Shown: positions 37,832-47,411 of the stretch, one piece after another
Layout: every line of letters begins with the position of its first letter
Position numbering within the stretch: position 1 is the first letter of the stretch
Source of the DNA: Promethearchaeota archaeon
GTDB lineage: Archaea; Asgardarchaeota; Thorarchaeia; Thorarchaeales; Thorarchaeaceae
Direction: 5' to 3'
Length of the DNA: 64,000 nucleotides
Assembly: GCA_014730275.1 (NCBI GenBank)
Contig: WJIL01000068.1
Location: 87,527-151,526 of the forward strand
Made by a program: the position numbers and the translations under genes
The notes under the pieces: model-generated
The model's input: the letters and a program-made list of their open reading frames with translations, nothing else
Databases searched by the model: none
Told to the model about the DNA's origin: nothing

Positions 37832-38577
37832 TATTCTTCACCGCCATTCTGGTCGAGACTGAATTCATTGCCAGCGCGCACATCGAGGAAGAGCTCCCGA
37901 ATCCGATCTTCAGGTAGTTCAATTAGTTCATCCATCTGATCATCATATTGGCCTTCCTCAATTTCACTAACACGTTGGGTAACATGTTCCGCCTTTGGCT
38001 GGATATATTTTCCATAAAGCCGGCGAACAAGTTGAAACACATGGTAGTGGGTGATTTCCGCAGGACATCTTGCAGAGCAAGCACCACAGGATATACAATC
38101 AAAACTCAGGTCGGCTGCCTTCTCAAGATCACCCCGCCGTATCGCTTGGATTGCCCTCATTGGCTCCAAATTCTGTGGACAAGCTTGTGTGCAGGTATTA
38201 CAAGAAACGCATCGGGTTATCTCAGGAAATATGCGGATAACTTCCTCAGAAGTGGCCTCTAGTTCATCTAAGTCCCATTCGGGTTTCCGAGCGGGAACAA
38301 AAGGTAACTGAACAAGATACATACCATCTTCCACTTTTGTTTGACATGCTAGGTCGATATAGAGTTTGTAATCATCCTTTTTTCTGTAAATCGTGGTACA
38401 AGCACCACAATAACCACCCCGACAACCCACACCTCTAATGAGCCGATAGCCTGCATATTCTTGTGCCTGCATTATCGTAAGCTCACTTGGCACTTCGTAT
38501 GGTTTTCCCATTATGTAGATTGTTGCCATTTCACTCTCGGGTCGGTCTTTCTTCTCAACTTCTTGATTTTGTGACAT
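37831..38577 (-). CDS. SdhB/FrdB-like iron-sulfur subunit (unfused)
   Basis: [2Fe-2S] CRGGYCGAC, plus CVSCNTCTQACP and CISCGACSARCP ferredoxin motifs. Start overlaps the stop of the flavoprotein gene. Confidence 0.8.
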   Translation of the reverse strand: MSQNQEVEKKDRPESEMATIYIMGKPYEVPSELTIMQAQEYAGYRLIRGVGCRGGYCGACTTIYRKKDDYKLYIDLACQTKVEDGMYLVQLPFVPARKPEWDLDELEATSEEVIRIFPEITRCVSCNTCTQACPQNLEPMRAIQAIRRGDLEKAADLSFDCISCGACSARCPAEITHYHVFQLVRRLYGKYIQPKAEHVTQRVSEIEEGQYDDQMDELIELPEDRIRELFLDVRAGNEFSLDQNGGEE

Positions 38578-38581
38578 GTAA

Positions 38582-39445
38582 TCAACTCCCTTGTAGATTC
38601 TTCAAAACCAATTCTTCCCTTTCGGGTGATAAGTATGAATCAACTTCCAAAGCCATTGCAAGAACCTGTGTGAAGAATAGAACGGGCACATCCTTGCCCA
38701 AGTTCTCCACTCCAAGTCCAAGATTGTATGTACACAGAGGGCATGGAGAAATAATCAGGTCTGCCCCCGCTGAAACAGCGGATTCAACTATCGCTTTGCT
38801 TCGAATCTCTACAATTTCTTTTCTGAAAGCAGCGTGATAGTTTCCGCAGCATTCCATCTTGTAGGGGTAGTCAACTGATGTAGCCCCTATTGCACGGATG
38901 AATTCTTCAATAATCGTAGGGCTTTCACGTTTGTCAACAGCAACATCCTCAGGCCTCAATAGAGCACAACCATAATAGGGTGCAATCTTCAAATCTGAAA
39001 GCGGATTAGTGATTTTGTCGAAGATTGTGTCAAAGCCTATCTTATCTCGGAGTAATTGGAGGAAATGAGAAACCTCAAGATTTCCTTTGTAATTTGGTGC
39101 GTCGTCTATGTAATCATTCACGTTCTCACGGGTATCTTGTTCTGTTTTCAATGCAATATTAGTTCGTTTCAGAACATTGTAACACATAGAGCACAGAGTA
39201 GTAATCTCATTACCTGCTGTTGAACTAAGCTCTTCTTGTGCATCTATCAAGGTACGAACTGCTCCAAGATGGCGCATAATGTTATCAGAAAGACTGAAGT
39301 TAACACCACAGCAGTTCCACTCAGGTATCTCTTCCAGTTCTATGTCCAGCTTCTTACAAACCTCTAGAGCACTCTTTTCGAACTCAGGATAGCTATTTCT
39401 AAGACTACAACCGGGATAGTAGATTACGCGTATCACGATTACCAC
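38582..39445 (-). CDS. hdrB: Heterodisulfide reductase subunit B-like (two CCG domains)
   Basis: CCGVNFS... and ...CCGNYHA CCG-domain cysteine patterns. 287 aa. Confidence 0.85.
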   Translation of the reverse strand: MVIVIRVIYYPGCSLRNSYPEFEKSALEVCKKLDIELEEIPEWNCCGVNFSLSDNIMRHLGAVRTLIDAQEELSSTAGNEITTLCSMCYNVLKRTNIALKTEQDTRENVNDYIDDAPNYKGNLEVSHFLQLLRDKIGFDTIFDKITNPLSDLKIAPYYGCALLRPEDVAVDKRESPTIIEEFIRAIGATSVDYPYKMECCGNYHAAFRKEIVEIRSKAIVESAVSAGADLIISPCPLCTYNLGLGVENLGKDVPVLFFTQVLAMALEVDSYLSPEREELVLKNLQGS

Positions 39446-39810
39446 GTCAGTTTCTGTGCTGCTGCGGTCAAAGCAATTTGCGGCAAATCCTTGAGATTCT
39501 CTATCTTTCTCAAATCTATTGTTTCATAACCCCGCTCTCGGATTCTAAGCTCTCTAAGTGACTCCATTACGGCTGCAACATCGACACCACGTGGACATCG
39601 CACCGAACAAGTAAAACAACTAGCACAAATCCATGGGGTCTCATTGTCAAGCACGCTTTCGTCACCCCGTTGGATATACATGAGTACTTGATGCGGCAAT
39701 AGATCCATATGAGCAGTAAAAAGGCAACCTGCAGAACACTTGCCACACTGATAGCAAGCATCTACATTCACGCCAGATATCTCACTTATCCGTTCTTCCA
39801 ATTCATTCAA
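39439..39810 (-). CDS. hdrC: Heterodisulfide reductase subunit C-like (2x[4Fe-4S])
   Basis: CYQCGKCSAGC and CASCFTCSVRCP motifs. 123 aa. Overlaps the hdrB start. Confidence 0.75.
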   Translation of the reverse strand: MNELEERISEISGVNVDACYQCGKCSAGCLFTAHMDLLPHQVLMYIQRGDESVLDNETPWICASCFTCSVRCPRGVDVAAVMESLRELRIRERGYETIDLRKIENLKDLPQIALTAAAQKLTW

Positions 39811-40373
39811 GCTGATTCACCTGTTAATTCGCATTGTATCAAATTGAGCAAGTTGTTAATTCCTGTTTCAAGTTCATAGGTAATTTCGTTGGTCATCTCT
39901 GGGTTATTGATACACAGACCGTATACAATTACACGGCTAGGAAATCGTAGAGGATAGAGTTCTCTGTAAATCTTCAAAACATCAAGGATACTAGCTGTAT
40001 GCGGAGTAAGCATGCTTAGGGGTTTCTGATCAGCGAGCCCGGTAAACCGGATAATCTCGCCAGATTCTCTATCTGTACCTACAAAAGCGTCTATCAAAAC
40101 AGCTCGGTCATAGCCTAAGAACCGCTCTGCAACAGAGAAGGGTGAAGAGGATGACCATGCCACCTCAACGGTGCTAGGCAGGTTGCATTCATTAAGCTGT
40201 CGGGCGGCTTGAATGCCTGCAGCGTCATCTCCGAATATCGGGTTACCCCATCCATAGATTATGGTCTTCTGCTCTTGAATAGGTTTGGTTACGGTAACTG
40301 CTAATTCGTTCCCCTCCTTATTCGCCGTATCACATTTCCATCGGAATCGCGGAATACTAGTTCCAATGGGCAT
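39807..40373 (-). CDS. Hydrogenase maturation endopeptidase (HycI/FrhD/HyaD family)
   Basis: GWGNPIFGDDAAGI motif. Located immediately after mvhA, which carries a C-terminal extension beyond DPCLSCSTH. Confidence 0.8.
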   Translation of the reverse strand: MPIGTSIPRFRWKCDTANKEGNELAVTVTKPIQEQKTIIYGWGNPIFGDDAAGIQAARQLNECNLPSTVEVAWSSSSPFSVAERFLGYDRAVLIDAFVGTDRESGEIIRFTGLADQKPLSMLTPHTASILDVLKIYRELYPLRFPSRVIVYGLCINNPEMTNEITYELETGINNLLNLIQCELTGESA

Positions 40374-41788
40374 CTACCAGGCAAAGAGTGAGTTGAACAT
40401 GAAAGACAGGGATCATAGGCCCGATATGCCATCTCAACGCGGTTCAGAATTCCTTCAGAAACATCGCCATTGTGCACCAAAGCCTCAGCTGCTTTTCTCA
40501 CGTCCAAGGATATTGCTGCATTATTCATGGTAGTAGGTACTATCAAGTTGGCTGAAGTGATTCGTCCCTTTTTATCAGCCTTGTAGTGATGAATCAATGT
40601 GCCCCGTGGAGCTTCAACACACCCAACACCCTCGCCTGTGAAACTACCATCCTTACTTCGGGGAGTTCCATGAATGATGTCGGGATCATCAAGTATCTCA
40701 AGCATCCGCTCAATGTTGTATACTGATTCAATTAATCGAGCCCAATTATAACCTAGAGTAGCATGAGCGGGTTTGCCTAGCGTATCAATGAATTCCTCGT
40801 ATGCCTCCTGAGCAAGAGGGGTTGGCATTCCATCTGTCACGTTTAACCGAGGTAAGGCATTCACTCGGTAGATGCCACTCTCTTCTCCATCAGCAAAACC
40901 CTTCCAACCGATGTTTTTCAGGTAGGGGAATTTCGAATAGCTCCATGGTTGGCTGACTTCCTCTATGTGGTCAAGGTAATCATTCGGTGAGAATGTGAAA
41001 CTATCATCTCCGCTAGGATTGATGACTTTCAGATTTCCGTCATAGAAATTCATCTGGTCGTTTTCATCAACGAGCCCCATATAGTAGGTTTCAAGCCGAT
41101 ACATGTTACCGAAGAACAAATCATGATACTTCTCGTTCTCGATAATATTTGATTTGAAGAAATCGTGGAAATCTAGCGTAAATTCCAAGATTTCCTTTGA
41201 CATCTCTTCAATAGTGTTTCTCTCTTCCTCGGTTATGAGTCGAGATACTCCTCCAGGTAGGGCGATGACCGGATGAACAGCCTTCCCTGCTATGATTTCT
41301 TGGATTTTTTCTGCATCAGCATGGTACTTGAGAGCATCTTTTGCTATGTCCGGGTGTTCCTGAAGCAATCCAATGATATTCCGAGTTGAGGGTTCACTAT
41401 TTTCGGAGAGAAAGAAGTCAGGGGAAGCTAAAACGAAGAAGTGTAGAAGATGTGAATGCAAATTGTGAGCATTATAGGATAACTCCCGTAGCTTCTTGCT
41501 AGCAGGTGTTGGCTCTAATCCGAAAAGCTGATCCATAGCTTTGGCAGCAGACATATGATGAGCCCAAGAACAAACACCACAAACCCGTGATGCAATCCGT
41601 GGTACTTCTTCTGCTTGCCGTCCCTTTAGAAAGCCTTCAAAGCCACGGTAATCAAGCACTTGGAAGTAGGCATTCTTCACATTGCCTTCATCATCAAGAA
41701 TGATATTGATTTTCCCCTCACCCTCAAGACGGGTACAAGGTTGAATCCTGATGATTTCATCGTCAGATCCTATGTCTAGTTCGGTCAT
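40301..41788 (-). CDS. mvhA: [NiFe] hydrogenase large subunit, F420-non-reducing (Mvh/Vhu type)
   Basis: N-terminal RVCGVCSWAH and C-terminal DPCLSCSTH nickel-binding motifs, followed by a cleavable extension of about 28 aa. Confidence 0.9.
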   Translation of the reverse strand: MTELDIGSDDEIIRIQPCTRLEGEGKINIILDDEGNVKNAYFQVLDYRGFEGFLKGRQAEEVPRIASRVCGVCSWAHHMSAAKAMDQLFGLEPTPASKKLRELSYNAHNLHSHLLHFFVLASPDFFLSENSEPSTRNIIGLLQEHPDIAKDALKYHADAEKIQEIIAGKAVHPVIALPGGVSRLITEEERNTIEEMSKEILEFTLDFHDFFKSNIIENEKYHDLFFGNMYRLETYYMGLVDENDQMNFYDGNLKVINPSGDDSFTFSPNDYLDHIEEVSQPWSYSKFPYLKNIGWKGFADGEESGIYRVNALPRLNVTDGMPTPLAQEAYEEFIDTLGKPAHATLGYNWARLIESVYNIERMLEILDDPDIIHGTPRSKDGSFTGEGVGCVEAPRGTLIHHYKADKKGRITSANLIVPTTMNNAAISLDVRKAAEALVHNGDVSEGILNRVEMAYRAYDPCLSCSTHSLPGRCPLELVFRDSDGNVIRRIRRGTN

Positions 41789-41794
41789 CGTATA

Positions 41795-42775
41795 TCATTT
41801 CTCCTGATGTTTTCTGTTGATTATTGCCACTGGAAGTGCAAACCTGTAGAAGAGTCCAACCGGATCGATAAACCCTTCCGACAGAAGACGCATGAGCTCC
41901 TCTTCACTGATTTGTTTCTCTTTGCCCAACATAATCGATGAAGCTATACTCGAAAGGAATTTTGTTCCTTGGTCGCGTATCTTTGGCGTTGGACCAAAGC
42001 ATCCACGGCAGGGCATATTCCTATACGTGCACCGGGGTTCGTCTCCACATCCAGCCCGCGTTACTGGACCAAGACAGAGAACACCCTGACTCAAAAAGCA
42101 CTCCTCTTCGTTTAAGTCGCTCTCATGAACTCTCATTACTTTGTCAATCGAGATTTTGTCAGGCTTTTCTCGTTCGCAGTACTCACATACTGTCCCTTCT
42201 TTCGCAAGGAAAAGAGCATCCGGAATGTTGCCATTCTCACGGTAGTCTCTTACGAAATCAATCAAATCAATTACAGATTGTACAGGGGGAGGACAGCCAG
42301 GAACAAATACATCGAATTCTACCAAATCTGCGGGAGAAGATGTATAATCCCGTAGCTCGGGCATTTTCAGTTCTTCGATTGTGATTTCTTCAAGGCTAGG
42401 AACACCTTCAGCTCTCGTATTAGGAGCGTTGGAATATGCAGTTGTAAGAAGTGATTCCTTCGTTTCTACATTTCCTAAACCAGGAATCCCTCCGTAACAT
42501 GAACAGGTACCGAAGGCAACAAGGACATCAGATTTTTCCTCCAGAAGACGCAGAACAGTCTCATGTTCATCCGTTCTGACTGCTCCGAAGTACACACCAA
42601 CGTCAATGTTTTTGACAGCCTCTAATTGTTCAATCTTGCCATCTACAACAGCTGGCCAGTACACAATCTCTGCAATCTCAGCCAAATCCGCGAGTTTCGT
42701 ACCTACATCTGTGAAAGCAACATCACAGCCGCCACAGATTGATCCATATCCTACAGCCAGTTTTGCTTTCTTCAT
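41795..42775 (-). CDS. mvhG: [NiFe] hydrogenase small subunit (Mvh/Vhu type)
   Basis: GSICGGC proximal cluster motif, GTCSCYGG, and overall small-subunit Cys pattern. Confidence 0.9.
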   Translation of the reverse strand: MKKAKLAVGYGSICGGCDVAFTDVGTKLADLAEIAEIVYWPAVVDGKIEQLEAVKNIDVGVYFGAVRTDEHETVLRLLEEKSDVLVAFGTCSCYGGIPGLGNVETKESLLTTAYSNAPNTRAEGVPSLEEITIEELKMPELRDYTSSPADLVEFDVFVPGCPPPVQSVIDLIDFVRDYRENGNIPDALFLAKEGTVCEYCEREKPDKISIDKVMRVHESDLNEEECFLSQGVLCLGPVTRAGCGDEPRCTYRNMPCRGCFGPTPKIRDQGTKFLSSIASSIMLGKEKQISEEELMRLLSEGFIDPVGLFYRFALPVAIINRKHQEK

Positions 42776-43200
42776 TGCACTACCTCACTCTGTTCCATGA
42801 CAAAGGGTCCAAGATCACGCAATTCATCAGTAAATGCACTAATTGTCTCAGCGAATTTTCGGCCCTCGCTAGCGCTAATCCAGTCTAAACGGACACGCTT
42901 CGGATTCACTCCCATCTGCTTTAGGAAAGTTTTGAGAACAGTAATCCGTTTGAAGGCCTGATAATTTCCGCGAATATAGTGACAGTCATTGGGAGTGTGA
43001 CATCCTGCGATGAGAACACCATCGGATTCTCGTAGTGCCTCAAGGATATGAGACAAGTCGATCCTTCCAGTACACGGAAAGCGCACTGGAGTCACGGTTG
43101 GGGGATACTTAATTCGACTTGTTCCCGCCATATCGGCACCAGCATATCCGCACCATTTGCACAAGAAAGCAGTTATCTTTGGTTCGAAAGTCATCATCAT
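42772..43200 (-). CDS. mvhD: Methyl-viologen-reducing hydrogenase delta subunit
   Basis: 142 aa. FLCKWCGY...PCTGR...AGCHTPNDCHY MvhD Cys pattern. Overlaps the hdrA stop. Confidence 0.9.
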   Translation of the reverse strand: MMMTFEPKITAFLCKWCGYAGADMAGTSRIKYPPTVTPVRFPCTGRIDLSHILEALRESDGVLIAGCHTPNDCHYIRGNYQAFKRITVLKTFLKQMGVNPKRVRLDWISASEGRKFAETISAFTDELRDLGPFVMEQSEVVQ

Positions 43201-45182
43201 AACCCTCCAGTGATAGCATGAATCATGTCCATAGCCTGTCTATCGGTCATGTTGATTAGCTCGATAGCTCCAGCTGGGCATGTTGATGCACATGAGCCAC
43301 AGCCTTCACATAGCACATCTTCTACTTTCGCTTTACCATTATCCATTGAAATCGCGCCATACGGACATACATTCACACATAATCGACAGCCGGAACAGAG
43401 GTCCCGCTCGATACGTGAGACCATCGGAGGATGTGATATCTGATCGTGTGATAGAAGATCCAGTGCTTTACTAGCTGCTCCACTAGCCTGAGCTACTGTG
43501 GTCTGGATGTCTTTGGGACCATGTGCCAACCCAGCAACAAAGATGCCAGAAGTGGGAGACTCGACAGGCCTCAATTTCGGATGTTCTTCTTTTATCCAGC
43601 CATATTCATCATACTGAGCCCCCAACTTGGTTGCCAGGTCTCTTACACCCTTTGGAGCAACCATGCTCAAAGCTAGTACAACCATATCGAAGTCTTCTTC
43701 CAACCGCTCCCCTTTCAGTGTGTCAACTCCAAATACAGTAACCTTTCCATCCTGCTCAAAAATCTTGGAAACCTTGCCGCGAATATAGTTGACTCCCGCA
43801 TCCTCGCGAACCCGATTGATGAACTGCTCGTAGTTCTTTCCGGAAGCTCTCAAATCGATGTAGAAATTGCATACCTCAGCATTTGGATAATGTTCATGGA
43901 AAAGCAGAGCATGTTTACTTGAATACATACAACAGATTGCCGAGCAGTAATCATTATGATTCTCATCCCGTGAGCCAGCACAATGAATGAAAGCTATTTT
44001 TTCGGGTATTTTTCCATCACTTGGACGTCGAGGAATACCACTTGTCGGACCGTTTGGCGACAGCAATCGCTCGAATTGCAATGATGTAATGACGTCAGGA
44101 TATGTACCTGCGCCGTATTCTCCGATATTCTTGGGAGAATACATCTCATAACCCGTTGCTACAATCATTACTCCTACGTCTTCTTCAACAATCTCGGGCT
44201 TCTGATCATAATCAATTGCATCTGCTTCACAGACTTCTTGACACTTGGAGCAAACTATGTGTTTCATTCCCTTAGGATTCAAACACGCGTCAATATCGAT
44301 TGTGTAAGTAGAAGGAATTGCTTGGGGGAATGGTATGTAAATTGGTCTTCGAAATGTAAGGCCTTCGTCAAAATCAGATAATGTAAACTCCGGACATACA
44401 TCTTCGCACTCAGCACAGAGATTACACGCATCTGGGTCGATATAGGTGGGGTTTTTTCGAATCTTTACATGGAAATTGCCAACATAGCCTTCAACATCCA
44501 CTACTTCTGAAGATGTAAGCAACTTGATATTCGGATGGTTGGCAACTTCCGACATGCGTGGTGTTAGTATGCATGATGCACAGTCGAGTGTCGGAAATGT
44601 TTCTGCTAGTTTGGCCATATGTCCCCCAATTGTAGATTCTTTCTCAACCAGAAGTACCTCGTGACCGGCATCAGCAATATCAAGCGCTGCCTGAATACCG
44701 GCTATTCCCCCACCGATAACTAGGGCTCTTCGATGAAGGTCAACCTGAATAGAATCTAGTTCCTCATTGGAGGCAACTTTTTCAATCATAGTTCTGGCAA
44801 TTCGCACCGCTTTATCTGTCGCCTTCATTCGGTCTTCGTGTACCCATGAGTCTTGTTCGCGTATGTTTGCGATTTCACATTTGTAGCGGTTCATACCGGC
44901 TCGTTCAACCACATCACGAAAAGTGCGCTCATGAAGGGATGGAGAACAAGCTGCGACCACTACAGAAGTGAGATCGTGTTCATTTATGGCGTTCTGAATA
45001 AGTTCTTGGCCAGGTTGGCTGCACATATAGTCATAGTCTTCACTATGCACAACAGAGGGGTGTTTACCAATTCGTGCAGCTACCTCTTCAACATCTACCG
45101 TCTCAGCAATGTTTCTGCCGCAGTGACACACAAATACGCCAATTCTCTCATCGGGTTTTTTCTCGTTATCTGTCAAACTCAC
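43197..45182 (-). CDS. hdrA: Heterodisulfide reductase subunit A (FAD, multiple Fe-S; bifurcating flavoprotein family)
   Basis: VFVCHCGRNI N-terminal cluster, ALVIGGGIAGIQAA FAD site, two ferredoxin domains (CNLCAECEDVCP, CSGCRLCVNVCP, CEGCGSCASTCP). GTG start with a GGAGAG SD. Confidence 0.9.
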   Translation of the reverse strand: MSLTDNEKKPDERIGVFVCHCGRNIAETVDVEEVAARIGKHPSVVHSEDYDYMCSQPGQELIQNAINEHDLTSVVVAACSPSLHERTFRDVVERAGMNRYKCEIANIREQDSWVHEDRMKATDKAVRIARTMIEKVASNEELDSIQVDLHRRALVIGGGIAGIQAALDIADAGHEVLLVEKESTIGGHMAKLAETFPTLDCASCILTPRMSEVANHPNIKLLTSSEVVDVEGYVGNFHVKIRKNPTYIDPDACNLCAECEDVCPEFTLSDFDEGLTFRRPIYIPFPQAIPSTYTIDIDACLNPKGMKHIVCSKCQEVCEADAIDYDQKPEIVEEDVGVMIVATGYEMYSPKNIGEYGAGTYPDVITSLQFERLLSPNGPTSGIPRRPSDGKIPEKIAFIHCAGSRDENHNDYCSAICCMYSSKHALLFHEHYPNAEVCNFYIDLRASGKNYEQFINRVREDAGVNYIRGKVSKIFEQDGKVTVFGVDTLKGERLEEDFDMVVLALSMVAPKGVRDLATKLGAQYDEYGWIKEEHPKLRPVESPTSGIFVAGLAHGPKDIQTTVAQASGAASKALDLLSHDQISHPPMVSRIERDLCSGCRLCVNVCPYGAISMDNGKAKVEDVLCEGCGSCASTCPAGAIELINMTDRQAMDMIHAITGGL

Positions 45183-45586
45183 TTATCTCTCCTAGAATCA
45201 GTAGGGTAAACTCTTGAAAACGGTCGTTTAGTCGGAAAGGTTCTTTTGAACTGAGCAACAACGGGAAATGCCTTCGTATTTTACGAGAGCCCCACACCCA
45301 CTAAATAACTCTGCCGAATCGGCAGAAAAAAAACGATAGTAAACCGATTCTAAGGGCAGAATTTTGCTTTTTTGGTTTTGTTCTGCTTTGCGCATTGGGC
45401 GAGGAGACGAACACATACGTCCAGCGAAGGTTAAATTAGGTCAAATTGCAGAGGATTTGATATCGGGGGTTCAATATCATCGAAAGGGAAGACTTGGCTC
45501 TATTGTTTGCATTGCTTGTACTTGCATTAGTGGCCTTGTATGGCGTATCAGTTCCGATTTTGCGAGCACTTGCAGATTGAGAAAGC

Positions 45587-45630
45587 AAAAAAAAGCAAGA
45601 TTAGTAGCAGGGAAGCGATGTCCCTGCTAC
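45587..45630 (-). terminator. Intrinsic-terminator-like structure for the fumarase operon: 10-bp perfect stem (GTAGCAGGGA/TCCCTGCTAC) followed on the minus strand by a T8 run
   Basis: Stem at 45604-45613/45621-45630. A8 on the + strand at 45587-45594. Lies 30 nt past the fumB stop. Confidence 0.45.
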
Positions 45631-45659
45631 GTGGCTACTCTACATTCTCAATAAGGATT

Positions 45660-46268
45660 CTACTCTTCTACACCAATTATCGAGTACACTTCTGCCTTTT
45701 TTGTACTGACTTGGTCATCTGCATCATCATGCAGGCTGTTACCATGGGAGTCCATAGTTACCATGAGTGGTCCGAATTCCTCGGCTGTGATTACCCATAA
45801 AGCTTCAGGCATCCCAAGATCTGACCATTCATAAGCTCGAACCTCCTTTAGCCCTCGAGCAGCAAGAGCTCCACAACCTCCAGTAAAACTGCAGTAAACC
45901 GCTCCAACCTCCTTTAGAGCCGCCAGTGTTCTATCAGCCATACCACCTTTCCCGATGATAACACGAGCTTTATAGTTCCGTAAGAACTCATCCTCGAAGA
46001 TTTCCATTCGAATACTCGTCGTTGGGCCAGCGGAAACAATATTCCATTCTCCGTCCTTCTTCTGCGCAACTGGACCTACGTGATAGACAACACTGCCTTC
46101 AAATTCGACAGGGGGTTTCTCTCCCTTTTCATACATCTCAAGCGCGCGCTCGTGGGCCTCATCTCTAGCAGTATAGACGTGTTCACCGCTCACATAGATG
46201 ACATCGCCAACCTTTAGCTTGCGAGCTTCTTCTTCTGAAATCGGTGTAGTTAGATGATACTCTGCCAT
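45660..46268 (-). CDS. fumB: Class I (Fe-S) fumarate hydratase, beta subunit
   Basis: 202 aa. CSFTGGCGALAARGL and overall FumB/TtdB similarity. Confidence 0.85.
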   Translation of the reverse strand: MAEYHLTTPISEEEARKLKVGDVIYVSGEHVYTARDEAHERALEMYEKGEKPPVEFEGSVVYHVGPVAQKKDGEWNIVSAGPTTSIRMEIFEDEFLRNYKARVIIGKGGMADRTLAALKEVGAVYCSFTGGCGALAARGLKEVRAYEWSDLGMPEALWVITAEEFGPLMVTMDSHGNSLHDDADDQVSTKKAEVYSIIGVEE

Positions 46269-46269
46269 T

Positions 46270-47157
46270 TTACTTACCCTCCAATGGATGCGTGATATAT
46301 TCTACTTTGAGATCCTTCGAAATAGTAGCTGTGCTCCGTCTCGCAGCCCAGCATTGTACGGCAACTCCAACTGGAAGGCTAGCCGGATGGCGCATAGCAT
46401 AGTCCACCTTTACATCGAGAACAGTGGTCTTACCACCAAGCCCCATTGGGCCGATGCCTGTTGCGTTCAAAGCCTCAATAAGTTCCTCCTCGATTTCTGC
46501 TACTTCAGGTTCGGGGTGCCTTTGATTAAGTGGACGTAACAACTGCTTCTTTGCTATCTTCAAACTAATATCGGCCCCACCGCCAATTCCAACACCGATG
46601 ATATTCGGGGAGCATGCCTTGCCCATGTAATCCATGGCATTATCAACAACTAGCTTCTTTACACCTGCTAGACCGACACCGGGTTTCAGCATTCCAACAA
46701 TGCTTACATTCTCACTACCTCCACCTTTAGGAAATGCAGTAATCTCCAGGGAATCACCAGGTACTAATTCCCAGTTGAGCCATGGGATTTTCTCACCAGT
46801 GTTGTCTCCCGAATTACCTCCAACGATAGGATTCACGGCATTGGGTCTGAGTGGAACGTTCTCAGTTGCCTTCCTCGTCGCTTTCGCTAATGCATCCTCT
46901 ACTTCACTCAAGTAAGGGAAATCGTATCCTGCCTTCAAATAAAAAATCATTATGCCAGTATCTTGGCACATGGGTACACCAGTTGATGCGATTTCCAGAT
47001 TCTTGAGGATAGCAGACAATTGCGTCTTCGCGTTTTCGTTTGTCTCACGCTCATATGCTTCGCGAAGCGCCGTTTCAACTTCATCGGGCAACTCCGTTGC
47101 AGCTTTCGTGAGCAAACGAACTGTAGCGTCTGTGATTACCTGCTGCGGGTCCTTCAT
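46270..47157 (-). CDS. fumA: Class I (Fe-S) fumarate hydratase, alpha subunit
   Basis: 295 aa. GVPMCQDTG and FumA/TtdA pattern. 1-nt gap to fumB. Confidence 0.85.
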   Translation of the reverse strand: MKDPQQVITDATVRLLTKAATELPDEVETALREAYERETNENAKTQLSAILKNLEIASTGVPMCQDTGIMIFYLKAGYDFPYLSEVEDALAKATRKATENVPLRPNAVNPIVGGNSGDNTGEKIPWLNWELVPGDSLEITAFPKGGGSENVSIVGMLKPGVGLAGVKKLVVDNAMDYMGKACSPNIIGVGIGGGADISLKIAKKQLLRPLNQRHPEPEVAEIEEELIEALNATGIGPMGLGGKTTVLDVKVDYAMRHPASLPVGVAVQCWAARRSTATISKDLKVEYITHPLEGK

Positions 47158-47411
47158 TCTATCAGCTTCTTTTTGTGTTTGAAAGAGGGTAATTTCCCTC
47201 TATCTAAGTGAAAGCCGGGAGGGGCTAATCTTTGTTGTGATTTGTAAATGAACATGGCAATACAAACGGATAATTCCATAGTCTTTCTTTCCAAGTCCAC
47301 AATCATAATGTACCAAGACAAGATTAGTTCTTATTCTACTCCGCGGAACCTTTAATCAAGATAGGCAAGTAGGTGTTACAGTCAAATGGTATCAGTGCAG
47401 AATGAATCGAG

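Noticed and set aside
45228-45654. ORFs of 62 and 96 aa in the long hdrA-fumB spacer
   Set aside because: No SD, odd composition (Cys/Arg-rich), overlapping each other. The region is more likely regulatory or ncRNA.
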